Shown here piece by piece: positions 8,320-18,899 of a DNA stretch of 64,000 bases (the stretch's first letter is position 1; every line of letters begins with the position of its first letter). The stretch comes from Acetobacteraceae bacterium (GTDB lineage Bacteria > Pseudomonadota > Alphaproteobacteria > Acetobacterales > Acetobacteraceae): assembly GCA_020848935.1 (NCBI GenBank), contig JADLHF010000191.1, forward strand, positions 12,082-76,081. The letters are read 5' to 3'. Position numbers and translations under genes: made by a program. The notes under the pieces were generated by a model that was given only the letters and a program-made list of their open reading frames with translations, was not told where the DNA came from and made no database searches.

Positions 8320-9422
8320 AGCTATCCGACCTCCCCACCCCCTGCCTTGTGCTCGACCGCACCGTGCTGGCGCGCAACATCGACCGCATGGCCCAGGCGG
8401 TCGGCCGGCTCGGCGTGGCCCTGCGGCCGCACATGAAGACCGCCAAGTCGATCGACGTGGCCCGCATGGTGCTGGCCAACCATGCTGCCCCGCTTTCCGG
8501 CATCACCGTCTCCACCCTTGCGGAGGCGGAATACTTCGCGGCGCACGGGATCACCGACATCCTCTATGCCGTCGGCATCACGCCGCACAAGCTGGACCAG
8601 GTGGCCAAGCTGAACGCGGCCGGCGCCGAGGTGAAGGTCGTCACCGACGACCTGGACATGGCCCGCGCCATCGCCGCCCACCCCGGCCGCCACCACGCGC
8701 TGATCGAGATCGATTGCGGCGAGATGCGCGGCGGCATCCCGCCCGGCGACCCGCAACTTGAAGCCATCGGCGCGGCCCTCGGCGACCGCCTGCTGGGCAT
8801 CATGACGCATGCCGGCCATTCCTATGCCGGCCGCACGATTGCCGAAATGGCCGATATCGCCGAGGCCGAACGCAACGCCGCCCTTGCCGCGGCCCGCCGC
8901 CTGCGGGCCGCCGGCATGGCCTGCCCGATGGTCTCGGTGGGCTCCTCGCCCACCGCCCTGCATGCCCGCGCGCTGGGCGGCGTCACGGAAACCCGGCCCG
9001 GCGTCTATATGTTCGGCGACCTGTTCCAGGCCGAGATCGCCACCGTCGAACCCGACGGAATCGCGGTGACCGTCCTGGCCAGCGTGATCGGCCGCCGCCC
9101 GGCGGAACGGCGAATCGTCATCGACGCCGGCGGCATGGCATTGTCCAAGGACCGCGCCACCGAATCCGCGCCGCACGACTTCAAGTTCGGCCTGGTGTTG
9201 GACCAGGACGGCCGCCGCACCCTGGGAAACTCGCTGGTGGCGCGCGCCAACCAGGAACACGGCGTGGTCGATCTGGACACCACCATCGATTTCCGCATCG
9301 GCGACCGGGTGCGCGTGGCGCCCAACCATACCTGCATGACCTCGGCGGCGCATGACCGATACTATGTGGTCGATGGCGGGGACGAAGTGGTCGCCGTTTG
9401 GCCCAGGATAGGAGGATGGTAA
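8307..9422 (+). CDS. D-TA family PLP enzyme (D-threonine aldolase / D-serine deaminase-like, alanine racemase N-terminal fold)
   Basis: LPTPCLVLDRTVLARNI, the PLP-lysine context RPHMKTAKS, and ..VAPNHTCMT... The start is GTG at 8307 or GTG at 8316 (the latter a GTGA overlap with the M81 stop). Confidence 0.8.
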   Translation: MDAVKLSDLPTPCLVLDRTVLARNIDRMAQAVGRLGVALRPHMKTAKSIDVARMVLANHAAPLSGITVSTLAEAEYFAAHGITDILYAVGITPHKLDQVAKLNAAGAEVKVVTDDLDMARAIAAHPGRHHALIEIDCGEMRGGIPPGDPQLEAIGAALGDRLLGIMTHAGHSYAGRTIAEMADIAEAERNAALAAARRLRAAGMACPMVSVGSSPTALHARALGGVTETRPGVYMFGDLFQAEIATVEPDGIAVTVLASVIGRRPAERRIVIDAGGMALSKDRATESAPHDFKFGLVLDQDGRRTLGNSLVARANQEHGVVDLDTTIDFRIGDRVRVAPNHTCMTSAAHDRYYVVDGGDEVVAVWPRIGGW

Positions 9423-9583
9423 GAAAGGAAGATTTCTTTTTGTGAACAAAAAGAAACAAAAAAACTTCATTCAATCGTGTAATGCACCATCGAGCGACCC
9501 CGGCACCCTCCGCACCCGTTCAGCGAATGAGTAAAGTTTTTTTGCTTCTTTTTGTTCACAAAAAGAAGACCTTCCTTCCTTCC
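9420..9583. repeat. AT-rich double-hairpin element, copy 2 (both units GTGAAC type)
   Basis: TAAGAAAGGAAGA-TTTCTTTTTGTGAACAAAAAGAAA-CAAAAAAACTTCATTCA, centre, TTTTTTTG-CTTCTTTTTGTTCACAAAAAGAAG-ACCTTCCTTCCTTCC. It fills the whole gap between convergent stops (TAA 9420-9422, TAG 9583-9585). Confidence 0.92.
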
Positions 9584-10797
9584 TAACCTACGCGCCACTT
9601 CCAGAACTCCCCCCCCTCCCGCGTCATGAAGTTCGACAGCACCATGCGATGCACCTCGCTCGCCCCGTCCACCAGCCGCGCCTGTCGGGCGTAGCGGTAG
9701 ATCCACTCCACCGGCGTGTCCTTGGAGTACCCCAGCGCACCGAGCAGTTGCAGCGCGGTATCGGCGGCCTTGTGCAGCGCGTCGGCCACCACGATCTTGG
9801 CCATCGAGATTTCCTTGCGGGCGAAGTCGCCCTGGTCCAGCAGCCAGGCGGCCTTCATGGTCAGCAGGCGGCCGATCTCGATCTCCATCGCCGCCTGGCC
9901 GATCAGGGTCTGCACGCTCTCATGGTCGATCAGCCGGCCGCCGAAGCTGCGCCGCTTGACCACATGCTCCATGGCGATTTCCAGGCAGCGCCGCGCCAGC
10001 CCGGTCCAGCGCATGCAGTGGGTCAGGCGGGCCGGCCCGAGGCGGATCTGGGTCAGCTTCAGCCCGTCGCCCACTTCCATCAGCCGGTTCTCGTCGGGGA
10101 TCTCCAGCCCGTCGAACTCGATCTCGCAGTGCCCGCCGTGCTCCTCCGGCCCCATGATCTCGATGCGGCGGATGATGCGCCAGCCCGGCTGGTCGCGGTG
10201 GAACAGGAAGCTGGTCAGGCCGCGCCGCGCATCGGCCGAGGTGCGGGCGATCAGGATGAAGTGCTCGGCGGTTTCCGCCCCGGTGATGAACCACTTGCGG
10301 CCGCGGATCTTCCAGCCGGCGTTGGTGCGCACCGCCTCGGTGTTGGTCAGCGACGGGTCGCTGCCGCAGCCGCCGCCGTCCTCGTCCATCGGCTCGGTCA
10401 TGATGAAGCTGCTGTTCATGCGGCCGTCGATGACGGGTTGCAGCCACCAATCCTGCTGCGCCTGCGTCGCCACCTGCGCCATCACCCGCATGTTGCCGTC
10501 GTCCGGCGCCGAGCAGTTGAAGCACACCGGCCCGAAGATGGACCGGTTCATCTCCTCGTACAGCACCGCCTGGTCGGCCATCTTCAGCCCGCCGCCGCCG
10601 CGCGCCTTGGGCGATTGCAGCGCCCAGATGCCCATCGCGCGGGTTTCCTGGCGCAGCTCGGCCAACAGGCCGTGGCGGATGTTCTCATGCGCGTCATAGC
10701 TGGCCCGATCGGCCTCCAGCGGGATCAGCCGCTCATCCACGAAGCGGCGGATGGCCAGGCGCTTGGCCTCGATATCGGGGTCGATGGTGAACTGCAT
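9583..10797 (-). CDS. Acyl-CoA dehydrogenase family protein
   Basis: MQFTIDPDIEAKRLAIRRFVDE..., WFITGAE, and the C-terminal RLVDGASEVHRMV motif. I start at the ATG at 10795-10797, because the upstream 70 codons are Arg/Pro-rich. Confidence 0.85.
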   Translation of the reverse strand: MQFTIDPDIEAKRLAIRRFVDERLIPLEADRASYDAHENIRHGLLAELRQETRAMGIWALQSPKARGGGGLKMADQAVLYEEMNRSIFGPVCFNCSAPDDGNMRVMAQVATQAQQDWWLQPVIDGRMNSSFIMTEPMDEDGGGCGSDPSLTNTEAVRTNAGWKIRGRKWFITGAETAEHFILIARTSADARRGLTSFLFHRDQPGWRIIRRIEIMGPEEHGGHCEIEFDGLEIPDENRLMEVGDGLKLTQIRLGPARLTHCMRWTGLARRCLEIAMEHVVKRRSFGGRLIDHESVQTLIGQAAMEIEIGRLLTMKAAWLLDQGDFARKEISMAKIVVADALHKAADTALQLLGALGYSKDTPVEWIYRYARQARLVDGASEVHRMVLSNFMTREGGEFWKWRVG

Positions 10798-10880
10798 GGC
10801 GTCCTCCGCAGGTTGCCCGCAGTATCGCGCCAGACGCGCCGCGCCGCCAAGGGCAGCCGGCAAACGCGGCCGGAGGCACG

Positions 10881-12086
10881 ATGAACGGGGCGGCACGAAT
10901 GCGCGCGGCATGGCGAAATGGCGTGCGGCTGGACGGGCCGGCGGCGCGCGCCGCGCTGGCGCTGGTGCTGGCTGCCGGAGTGTTCGTGGCCTGGCGGATC
11001 GGCGCACGCCAGTGGCCGGTGATCGCCAGCGGCAACAAGGTGTTCAGCGACCTGTTCGCGCATTGGAGCTACGCCGGCTTCGCCGCCGCCCATCCCGGCC
11101 CGGCAATCTACGACCGCGAGGCGATGTCCGCCTTCCAGCACGGCCTGTTCGACGGACGGTTGCAGGGCCTGCCATTCGCCTATCCGCCACCCTATCTGTT
11201 CCTGGTGCTGCCGCTGGCGGCATTCACCGTCTGGCACGCCGCCCTGCTGTGGGGCGCCGCCTCACTGGCCGCCTTCGCCGCCGCCATCGCCCCCCGGCCG
11301 TGGCGCGCCGATCCCCTGGCGCCCTCCTTGCTGGTGCTGGCGATCCTGGCGCCATCGACCATCGTCTGCCTGGGCTATGGCCAGAACGGCCTGCTGATCG
11401 CGGCCCTGCTGGCCGGCGGGCTGCGCCTGCTGCCGACACGGCCGGGCTGGGGCGGCGTGCTGCTGGCGCTGGCCTGCGTGAAGCCGCAAATGGCCGTGCT
11501 GCTGCCGGTGGCGCTGCTGGCGGGGCGGCAATGGCGCGCCATCGCCGCCGCAGTGGCAACCGGGCTGCTGTTGGTGTTGGCCAGTGCCGCCTGGATCGGC
11601 CCGCTGGCCTGGATCGACTGGATCGCCGCGCTGCGCGAACAGGGCGATTACGCCGCGCGCTGGATCGGCCCCCACCGCCAGCCCACCGTCGCGGCCACAA
11701 TGACGCTGTTCGGCATGGACCGCGCCAGTGGCCTGGCGGTGCAGGCCGCTGTAACCACGGCCGTGGTCCTTGGCGTGGTCGCCGCCTGGCGCCGCGGCCC
11801 CAGCGCCGCCGCCGCCGGCGCCGTCTTGGCCGGCGCATTGCTGGCAACACCCTATGGCTTCAACTACGATCTGCCGGTGGCAACCGCCGCGGTGGCCGCA
11901 CTCGTCGCCGGCCGCCGCCGCGTCTCCTGGCCGGAAGCGGCGGTGATGGCGGCCACCCTGCTGCTGCCAATGGTGCTGCACCTGACCAGCCGCTTCTTCT
12001 GGACCGCGCCGGTGACTCTGGCGGCACTCTTCGTCCTGTGCGTGTGGCGCGCATGCAGTGAGCAAGAAAGACTCTTCTTTTTCTGA
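10881..12086 (+). CDS. DUF2029 / GT87-like polytopic membrane glycosyltransferase-like protein
   Basis: The protein is multi-TM and hydrophobic, with ..LACVKPQMAVLLP.. and FNYDL segments typical of GT87-like mannosyltransferase relatives. The last ~8 codons (SEQERLFFF*) and the stop lie inside repeat copy 3. Confidence 0.6.
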   Translation: MNGAARMRAAWRNGVRLDGPAARAALALVLAAGVFVAWRIGARQWPVIASGNKVFSDLFAHWSYAGFAAAHPGPAIYDREAMSAFQHGLFDGRLQGLPFAYPPPYLFLVLPLAAFTVWHAALLWGAASLAAFAAAIAPRPWRADPLAPSLLVLAILAPSTIVCLGYGQNGLLIAALLAGGLRLLPTRPGWGGVLLALACVKPQMAVLLPVALLAGRQWRAIAAAVATGLLLVLASAAWIGPLAWIDWIAALREQGDYAARWIGPHRQPTVAATMTLFGMDRASGLAVQAAVTTAVVLGVVAAWRRGPSAAAAGAVLAGALLATPYGFNYDLPVATAAVAALVAGRRRVSWPEAAVMAATLLLPMVLHLTSRFFWTAPVTLAALFVLCVWRACSEQERLFFF

Positions 12087-12205
12087 AGAAAAAGAAGCAA
12101 AAATACTTCATCCCATATCCTTTGCGCGGCACCCTGGTGCCCCATGCTCCAATGAATGAAAGTTTTTTGGTTCTTTTTTTCAAAAAAGAACACACTTCCT
12201 ACCCT
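12063..12205 (+). repeat. AT-rich double-hairpin element, copy 3 (CTGAAG unit on the left, GTTC unit on the right)
   Basis: CAAGAAAGACT-CTTCTTTTTCTGAAGAAAAAGAAG-CAAAAATACTTCA, centre, GAATGAAAGTTTTTTG-GTTCTTTTTTTCAAAAAAGAAC-ACACTTCCTACCC. It contains the stop of the GT87-like gene (TGA in the loop) and the xerC stop (TAG at 12199-12201). Confidence 0.92.
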
Positions 12206-13113
12206 CTTGGATGCGTCCGCCGCCAAACGTCCATCAAATGCGCGGTGTCAACGGCGGTGTAGCGCTGGGTCGTGGACAGGCTGGCATGGCCCAACAGGTC
12301 CTGGATGGTGCGCAAATCCGCCCCTCCGGCCAGCAGGTGGGTGGCGAAGGAATGGCGCAGCGCGTGCGGCGTGGCATGCTCCGGCAGGCCGTTCTGCTGG
12401 CGGAACACCCGCAGCGTCCGCTGCGCCACCCCGGGGTTCAACCGCTCGCCGCGCACGCCGACGAATAGCGGGGCCGCGGGTTCCGCGCGGGCGGGGTGGT
12501 GGCGCAGCCAGGCGGCGATGGCGGCGCGCACCGCCGGCAGCACCGGCACGATGCGCGGCTTGGACCCCTTGCCGACCACCCGCAGCATGGCATCCGTGCC
12601 CTCGCGCGGCGCCTCGGCCACGGTCAGCGCCAGCGCCTCGGCGATGCGCAGCCCGCTGCCGTACAGCAGGCTGAACAGCGCCGTGTCGCGCGCCTGGGTG
12701 AAGGCCGCCTGGCTCGCCTCGCCGATATCCTGTGCCACCGCCAAGGCCTCGCGCGGCGTCAGCGCATGCGGCAGTGGCGGCTTGGCGCGCGGGGTTGCCA
12801 GCAGGGCGATCTGGGCATTGGCCACGCCATGCCGGCGCGCCAGGAAGCGGAAGAAGCTGCGCACCGCGGCCAGATGGCGCGCCCGCGTGCTGTTGCCGGC
12901 GCCCTCGCCGGCCTTCCAGGCCAGCCAGGCGCGCAGGTCGGTTGCCCGCAGCGCCGCCAGCGCAACCAGGTCCGGCTCGGCGCCGAGATGGCGCGTGATG
13001 AACCCCAGAAAGCCCGCAGTGTCGCGGCCATAGGCCTCGACGGTCAGCGGTGAGGCGCGGCGCTCATGCGCCAGCCAGGCGAGGAAGCCGGCGCGGGCCT
13101 CCGCGGCCATCAT
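12199..13113 (-). CDS. xerC: Tyrosine recombinase XerC
   Basis: GSGLRIAEALAL, HALRHSFATHLL and LLGHASLSTTQRYT carry the R..HxxR..Y catalytic set. A DUF484 gene lies immediately upstream, as is typical for xerC. I start at MMAAEARAGFLAWL. Confidence 0.85.
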   Translation of the reverse strand: MMAAEARAGFLAWLAHERRASPLTVEAYGRDTAGFLGFITRHLGAEPDLVALAALRATDLRAWLAWKAGEGAGNSTRARHLAAVRSFFRFLARRHGVANAQIALLATPRAKPPLPHALTPREALAVAQDIGEASQAAFTQARDTALFSLLYGSGLRIAEALALTVAEAPREGTDAMLRVVGKGSKPRIVPVLPAVRAAIAAWLRHHPARAEPAAPLFVGVRGERLNPGVAQRTLRVFRQQNGLPEHATPHALRHSFATHLLAGGADLRTIQDLLGHASLSTTQRYTAVDTAHLMDVWRRTHPRG

Positions 13114-13126
13114 CGGCCCGCCCCGC

Positions 13127-13774
13127 TCATCGCCCGAGCGCCGCCGCCACCGCACGGGCCAGGAAGCCCAGCGCGCCCGGTCCCTGTCGGGCATCCAGCG
13201 TGCCGGCGTCGCGGGTCGCCAGCGCAATCAGCGCCGGCGGCCCCTCGCCGGGCAGCCGCAGCAGCGCCTCGTACCGTGCCAGCCGCGCCGCCTCGCCATG
13301 CAGCGCCAGCGCGTCCTGGCCGCCTTCGCGGAACACCACGCCACGGTGGCCGACCAGCCGCGTCACCTGGCCCGGCGCCAGCGGGCGGGTACCCGAAAGA
13401 TCGTCCTCGATGCACAGGCTGGCGGCATCCACGGCCAACAGCGCGGGGAAGGCACCGCTGATGCAATCGGCCTTGTTGTCGCTGCGGATCAGCGCCAGCA
13501 CCGCCTCCTGCACCCGCACCGCCATGCCGGCCGCCGCACGCCCGGCCGCCAGCACGCCGTCCGCCCGATCGGCCATCTCCCCGGCATAGGTGCGCTCGGC
13601 CGCCAGCATCGCCGCCATGTGGTCGGCCAGCCGTTCGCCATGCACCCGCAGCGGCGGCTCCAGTGCGCGGTACAGCTCCGGCCGGTGGGTCAGGAACTGC
13701 GGATTGGCGCGCAGAAAGGCGGCAACGCGCTCCGCCGGGGGCAAATCCGTGCGCGGCGCGGGCCGGCTAGGCAA
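13127..13774 (-). CDS. DUF484 family protein (YigA-like)
   Basis: [18 protein letters not shown] is a DUF484 N-terminal signature, and the gene sits directly upstream of xerC. The start is non-ATG (TTG at 13774 or TTG at 13747) and uncertain. Confidence 0.75.
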   Translation of the reverse strand: MPSRPAPRTDLPPAERVAAFLRANPQFLTHRPELYRALEPPLRVHGERLADHMAAMLAAERTYAGEMADRADGVLAAGRAAAGMAVRVQEAVLALIRSDNKADCISGAFPALLAVDAASLCIEDDLSGTRPLAPGQVTRLVGHRGVVFREGGQDALALHGEAARLARYEALLRLPGEGPPALIALATRDAGTLDARQGPGALGFLARAVAAALGR

Positions 13775-14423
13775 TCGACTGCCCGGTCTTGGCCCAGTCC
13801 GCCAGGAACGCCGCCAGCCCCTTGTCGGTCAGCGGATGGCCATAGAGCAGGCGCAGCACATTCGGCGGCAAAGTGACGACATGGGCGCCCAGCTTGGCCG
13901 ACTGCACCACATGGATCGGGTGGCGGACACTGGCCACCAGCACCTCGGTCTTCAGCGCGTCGTAGTTGCGGAAGATCGTCACGATATCGGCAATCAGCGC
14001 CATGCCGTCCTGGCCGATATCGTCCAGCCGGCCGACGAAGGGGCTGACGAACGTCGCCCCCGCCTTGGCAGCCAGCAGCGCCTGCGCCGCCGAGAAGCAC
14101 AGCGTGACGTTGGTCTTCACCCCTTCCGAGCTCAGCGCCCTGCACGCCCGCAGCCCATCCGGCGTCAGCGGCAGCTTCACGGTGACATTGGCGGCGATCT
14201 TCTTCAGCACCGCGGCCTCGCGCATCATGCCGTCGTAGTCGGTCGCCGCCACCTCCGCACTCACCGGCCCCTCGACCAGCGCACAGATTTCCGCCACCAC
14301 ATCCAGGATCTTGCGGCCCGACTTGGCGATCAGCGACGGATTGGTGGTCACCCCGTCCAGCAGCCCGGAGGCGGCAAGGGCCTTGATCTCGGCCGTATCG
14401 GCGGTATCGACAAAGAATTTCAT
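13767..14423 (-). CDS. fsa: Fructose-6-phosphate aldolase / transaldolase type 3B
   Basis: [25 protein letters not shown]...[19 protein letters not shown]...[13 protein letters not shown]. This is the C-terminal 218 aa of track ORF 13767..15344. Confidence 0.88.
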   Translation of the reverse strand: MKFFVDTADTAEIKALAASGLLDGVTTNPSLIAKSGRKILDVVAEICALVEGPVSAEVAATDYDGMMREAAVLKKIAANVTVKLPLTPDGLRACRALSSEGVKTNVTLCFSAAQALLAAKAGATFVSPFVGRLDDIGQDGMALIADIVTIFRNYDALKTEVLVASVRHPIHVVQSAKLGAHVVTLPPNVLRLLYGHPLTDKGLAAFLADWAKTGQSIA

Positions 14424-14471
14424 GGCGGTCTTCCACATCGGGGACGGTCGGCAGGGACCCAGGTATAGCGG

Positions 14472-16703
14472 ATGGCGGACCGGAACAGGAAGCGCGCAGC
14501 CCAACCGGACCTCGCGGTCGATGCCGCCGCGCCCACCGGGCGCGGTCAAACCGTGCCCGTCCTGCTGCCCTATCCCTTCGCCGGCCCGTTCGATTACCGC
14601 GTCCCGCCCGCCATGGCGGTGGCGCCCGGCGACGTGGTGCTGGTGCCGCTGAACCGCCGCAGCGAAATCGGCGTGGTGTGGGACGGCCCGCCCGACGGCA
14701 GCATCGGCGACAACCGCCTGCGCCCCATTTCCGGCCCGGTGGACGCCCCCCCGATGCGCGCCGATATCCGCCAACTGGTGGACTGGATCGCCGCCTACAC
14801 CGTCTCGCCCCCCGGCACCGTGCTGGCCATGGCGCTGCGCGTGCCCGCCATCCCGGCCGAGCCGCCGCCGGTCGGCTGGCAGCGCGCCGACGCGCCGCCA
14901 CCGGCGCGCATGACCGAGGCGCGGCAGCGCGTGCTGGCCGCTCTCGGCGACACCCATATGCCCGGCCCCGACCTCGCCCGTGCCGCCGGCGTCTCCCCCG
15001 CGTTGCTGCGCGGCATGGCCGCCGCCGGCCTGCTGATCCCCGTCGCCCTGCCGGTTCCGCCGCCCTTCACCCGGCCCGACCCCGACCACCCCGGCCCCGC
15101 CTTGTCCGCCGACCAGGAAGCCGCCGCCGCGGACCTGCGCACCGCCGTCGCGGCCCAAGCCTTCAGCGTCACCCTGCTCGACGGCGTCACCGGCTCCGGC
15201 AAGACCGAAATCTACCTGGAGGCAATCGCCGAATGCCTGCGCCACGGCCGACAGGCGCTGGTGCTGCTGCCGGAAATCGCCCTGTCCTCGCAGTGGCTCG
15301 CCCGCTTCGAACGCCGCTTCGGCGTCGCCCCGGCGGTCTGGCATTCCGACCTGCCGTCACGCACCCGCCGCATCACCTGGCGCGAGGTGGCCGCCGGCGC
15401 CGCCCCGGTGGTGGTCGGCGCCCGCTCCGCCCTGTTCCTGCCCTTCCCCGATCTCGGCCTGGTGGTGGTGGACGAGGAGCACGAGACCGCCTTCAAGCAG
15501 GAGGAAGGCGTGGTCTATCATGCCCGCGACATGGCCGTGGTGCGCGCCCGCCTCTGCGCCGCCCCCGCCGTGCTGGTCTCCGCCACGCCCAGCCTGGAGA
15601 CCATCGCCAATGTCGAGGCCGGCCGCTACCACCGCCTGCATTTGCCCGACCGCTTCGGCGGCGCCAAGCTGCCGAGGGTGGAATTGCTCGACCTGCGCGA
15701 GTCGCCCCCCGAACGCGGCCACTTCCTCGCCCCCAAGCTGATCGAGGCGATCCGGGAAACCTTCGCCCGCGGCGAACAGGCGATGCTGTTCCTCAACCGC
15801 CGCGGCTACGCGCCCCTGACCCTGTGCCGCACCTGCGGCCACCGCATGCAGTGCCCCAACTGCACCGCCTGGCTGGTCGAACACCGCGCCCGCCGCATCC
15901 TGCAATGCCACCATTGCGGCCACACCATCCCCATCCCCGCCGAATGCCCCGAATGCAAGGCCGCCCACAGCCTCACCGCCGTCGGCCCCGGCGTGGAACG
16001 CATCACCGAGGAAGCCCGCGCCACCTTCCCCGACGCCCGCCTGCTGGTGATGGCCTCCGACACCCTCACCGGCCCCCACGCCGCCGCCGAAGCCGCCCGC
16101 GCCATCGAGGCCCGCGAGGTCGACCTGATCATCGGCACCCAGATCGTCGCCAAGGGCTGGCACTTCCCCTACCTCACCCTGGTCGGCGCCATCGACGCCG
16201 ATCTCGGCCTGGCCGGCGGCGACCTGCGCGCCGCCGAACGCACCGTCCAGCTCCTCCACCAGGTCGCCGGCCGGGCCGGGCGCGCCGACGCCCCTGGCCG
16301 CGTCCTGCTCCAGACCTGGTCGCCCGAGCACAAGGTGATGCAGGCCCTGCTCTCCGGCGACCTGGAAAGCTTCCGCGACAACGAAGCCGCCGAACGCCGC
16401 CCCGGCAACTGGCCGCCCTACGGCCGCCTCGCCGCCCTGATCGTCTCCGCCGACACCGCCGAAGCCGCCGATATCGCCGCCCGCGACCTCGGCCGCGCCG
16501 CCCCCATGGCCGATGGCATCCTGGTGCTCGGCCCCGCGCCGGCCCCCCTGGCCATCCTGCGCGGCCGCCACCGCCGCCGCCTGCTGCTCAAGGCCCGCCG
16601 CGACGTGGCGGTGCAACCGCTGATCCGCACCTGGCTCGCCAGCGTCGCCACCGGGCGCGGCGTGCGGGTGGATGTGGATATCGATCCGGTGAGCTTTCTG
16701 TAA
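14472..16703 (+). CDS. priA: Primosomal protein N' (replication restart helicase PriA)
   Basis: Walker [15 protein letters not shown], and the Cys-rich zinc region [20 protein letters not shown]...LQCHHCGH...CPECK. The exact start is uncertain. Confidence 0.9.
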   Translation: MADRNRKRAAQPDLAVDAAAPTGRGQTVPVLLPYPFAGPFDYRVPPAMAVAPGDVVLVPLNRRSEIGVVWDGPPDGSIGDNRLRPISGPVDAPPMRADIRQLVDWIAAYTVSPPGTVLAMALRVPAIPAEPPPVGWQRADAPPPARMTEARQRVLAALGDTHMPGPDLARAAGVSPALLRGMAAAGLLIPVALPVPPPFTRPDPDHPGPALSADQEAAAADLRTAVAAQAFSVTLLDGVTGSGKTEIYLEAIAECLRHGRQALVLLPEIALSSQWLARFERRFGVAPAVWHSDLPSRTRRITWREVAAGAAPVVVGARSALFLPFPDLGLVVVDEEHETAFKQEEGVVYHARDMAVVRARLCAAPAVLVSATPSLETIANVEAGRYHRLHLPDRFGGAKLPRVELLDLRESPPERGHFLAPKLIEAIRETFARGEQAMLFLNRRGYAPLTLCRTCGHRMQCPNCTAWLVEHRARRILQCHHCGHTIPIPAECPECKAAHSLTAVGPGVERITEEARATFPDARLLVMASDTLTGPHAAAEAARAIEAREVDLIIGTQIVAKGWHFPYLTLVGAIDADLGLAGGDLRAAERTVQLLHQVAGRAGRADAPGRVLLQTWSPEHKVMQALLSGDLESFRDNEAAERRPGNWPPYGRLAALIVSADTAEAADIAARDLGRAAPMADGILVLGPAPAPLAILRGRHRRRLLLKARRDVAVQPLIRTWLASVATGRGVRVDVDIDPVSFL

Positions 16704-16848
16704 CAAGGCAAAGAAAGTCTTCTTTTTGTGAACAAAAAGAAGCAAAAAAACTTCAATACCTATCCATATTGTGGCACCGCTGTGCCCCCACACGCCAACG
16801 AATGAAAGTTTTTTGGTTCTTTTTTTCAAAAAAGAACCTTCTTCCTTA
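16704..16848. repeat. AT-rich double-hairpin element, copy 4 (GTGAAC unit plus GTTC unit)
   Basis: CAAGGCAAAGAAAGT-CTTCTTTTTGTGAACAAAAAGAAG-CAAAAAAACTTCA, centre, GAATGAAAGTTTTTTG-GTTCTTTTTTTCAAAAAAGAAC-CTTCTTCCTTA. It starts 1 nt after the priA TAA and contains the tlpA-like TAA (16846-16848). Confidence 0.92.
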
Positions 16849-17454
16849 TTCTACCATCTGCCTTAACTCAGCCACCGTCGCCGCACTGGCCCAGTCGATC
16901 GCCCCTTCCACCCGGCCGCGCTCGCGCCCCTGCCGGTCGATCACCAGCGTGGTCGGCAGCCCCCGCGCCCCCCAGGCCCGCGCCGCCTCGCCGCGCGGGT
17001 CCAGCAGCACCGGCAGGGCGTCGATCCCGTTCGCGGCGTAGAAGCGCCGCACCACCTCCGCCCCGCCGCGATCGCTGGACAGCGGCAGCACCAGGATGCC
17101 GTCACCCGCCACGGCGCGGGCCAGGGCTTGCAGTTCCGGCATCTCGGCCACGCAGGGCGCGCACCAGGTCGCCCACAGATTCACCACCAGCCCATGCCCC
17201 AGATGCTCAGCCAGGCTGCGTTCGCCGCCCTCGCCATCGCGAAACACTGCCGCCGCCGGCACCGCGGGCGGCTCGGTGCGGCGCAGATTGGCGATGGTGC
17301 CCACCTTCACCGCCGGCGGCCCCGGCATCGCGCCCGGCACCAGTGTCTGGATGGCGGGCCCGCCGGGTTTGCGCAGCAGGGCGACGGCGGCTAGGGTCCC
17401 GGCCGCGACAATCCCGCCGGCGGTGAGCAGCGCACGGCGAGTGGTGGTATTCAT
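16846..17454 (-). CDS. TlpA family thiol:disulfide oxidoreductase (thioredoxin fold, membrane anchored)
   Basis: MNTTTRRALLTAGGIVAAGTLAAV anchor, NLWATWCAPCVAEMP (WCxxC), and GLPTTLVID. It is divergent from argH, as in many Alphaproteobacteria. Confidence 0.82.
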   Translation of the reverse strand: MNTTTRRALLTAGGIVAAGTLAAVALLRKPGGPAIQTLVPGAMPGPPAVKVGTIANLRRTEPPAVPAAAVFRDGEGGERSLAEHLGHGLVVNLWATWCAPCVAEMPELQALARAVAGDGILVLPLSSDRGGAEVVRRFYAANGIDALPVLLDPRGEAARAWGARGLPTTLVIDRQGRERGRVEGAIDWASAATVAELRQMVE

Positions 17455-17489
17455 GATGCTGCGCCCCTTTTTCCGATGAGTCCGAACCG

Positions 17490-18899
17490 GTGACCGACAC
17501 GCCCGACCTGCGCAACACAACATCCAACGCCCAATGGGGCGGCCGCTTCGCCGCCGGTCCCTCGGTGGTGATGCAGGAGATAAATGCCTCCATCGGCTTC
17601 GACCGCAAGATGTGGCGCCAGGATATCCAGGGCTCGCTCGCCCACGCCGCCATGCTGGTGCGCATCGGCATCCTGACGGCAAAGGACGGATCGGACATCC
17701 AATCCGGCCTGGAAGCCATCGCCGCCGAGATCGACGCCGGAAAATTCCCCTTCGACGAAGCCCTCGAAGACATCCACATGAACATCGAGGCCCGGCTCAC
17801 CGAGCGCATCGGCGATGCCGGCCGCCGCCTGCACACCGGGCGCAGCCGCAACGACCAGGTCGCCACCGATTTCCGCCTCTGGGTCCGCGACGCCATCGAC
17901 GGGCTCGATGCCCAGCTCGCCGACGTCATGACCGCCCTGGCCACCCGCGCCGCCCAGCACGCCGCCGACCCGATGCCCGGCTTCACCCACCTGCAAACCG
18001 CCCAGCCCGTCACTTTCGGCCACCATCTCCTGGCCTATGTCGAGATGCTGTCGCGCGACCGTGGCCGGCTGGCCGATTGCCGCCGCCGCCTCAACGAATG
18101 CCCGCTCGGCTCCGCCGCCCTGGCCGGCACCTCCTTCCCGCTCGACCGCGAGATGACCGCCCGCGCCCTGGGCTTCGACCGTCCCACCGCCAACTCGCTG
18201 GATGGCGTGTCCGACCGCGACTTCGCGCTGGAATTCCTCTCCGCCGCCGCCATCTCCGCCATGCACATGTCGCGCCTGGCAGAGGAAATGATCATCTGGT
18301 GCAGCGCGCCCTACCGCTTCATCCGCCTGTCCGACGCCTTCACCACCGGCAGCTCGATCATGCCGCAAAAGCGCAACCCCGACGCCGCCGAGCTGGTCCG
18401 CGCCAAGACCGGCCGCATCAACGGCGCCCTGGTCGGCCTGCTCACCGTCATGAAGGGCCTGCCGCTCGCCTATGCCAAGGACATGCAGGAAGACAAGGAA
18501 CAGGTCTTCGATGCCGCCGAGGCCTGGGCGCTGTGCCTCGCCGCCACCGCCGGCCAGGTGCGCGACATGACCCCGAACCTGGAGCGCATGCGCGAATTCG
18601 CCGGCTCCGGCTTCGCCACCGCCACCGACCTGGCCGACTGGCTGGTCCGCGTGCTGAAGCTGCCGTTCCGCACCGCCCACCACGTCACCGGCCGCCTGGT
18701 CGCCAAGGCCGAAGCCCGCAACATCGACCTCGCCGAACTCACCCTGGCCGACATGCAGGCCGAAGAGCCCGGCATCACCCAGGACATCTTCGGCGTGCTC
18801 ACCGTGGATGCCTCGGTCGCCTCCCGCTCGGTCTATGGCGGCACCGCGCCGTCCAATGTCGCGGCGCAGGCGCAAAGGTGGTTGGAGAAGCTGAAGTGA
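17490..18899 (+). CDS. argH: Argininosuccinate lyase
   Basis: [10 protein letters not shown]..., [11 protein letters not shown], and the fumarate-lyase signature [16 protein letters not shown]. Confidence 0.93.
   Translation: MTDTPDLRNTTSNAQWGGRFAAGPSVVMQEINASIGFDRKMWRQDIQGSLAHAAMLVRIGILTAKDGSDIQSGLEAIAAEIDAGKFPFDEALEDIHMNIEARLTERIGDAGRRLHTGRSRNDQVATDFRLWVRDAIDGLDAQLADVMTALATRAAQHAADPMPGFTHLQTAQPVTFGHHLLAYVEMLSRDRGRLADCRRRLNECPLGSAALAGTSFPLDREMTARALGFDRPTANSLDGVSDRDFALEFLSAAAISAMHMSRLAEEMIIWCSAPYRFIRLSDAFTTGSSIMPQKRNPDAAELVRAKTGRINGALVGLLTVMKGLPLAYAKDMQEDKEQVFDAAEAWALCLAATAGQVRDMTPNLERMREFAGSGFATATDLADWLVRVLKLPFRTAHHVTGRLVAKAEARNIDLAELTLADMQAEEPGITQDIFGVLTVDASVASRSVYGGTAPSNVAAQAQRWLEKLK

Noticed and set aside
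12199-13113. The tyrosine recombinase as the integrase of a mobile island or prophage.
   Set aside because: Its sequence and the upstream DUF484 partner match the housekeeping XerC context. I saw no phage, conjugation or attachment-site features nearby.
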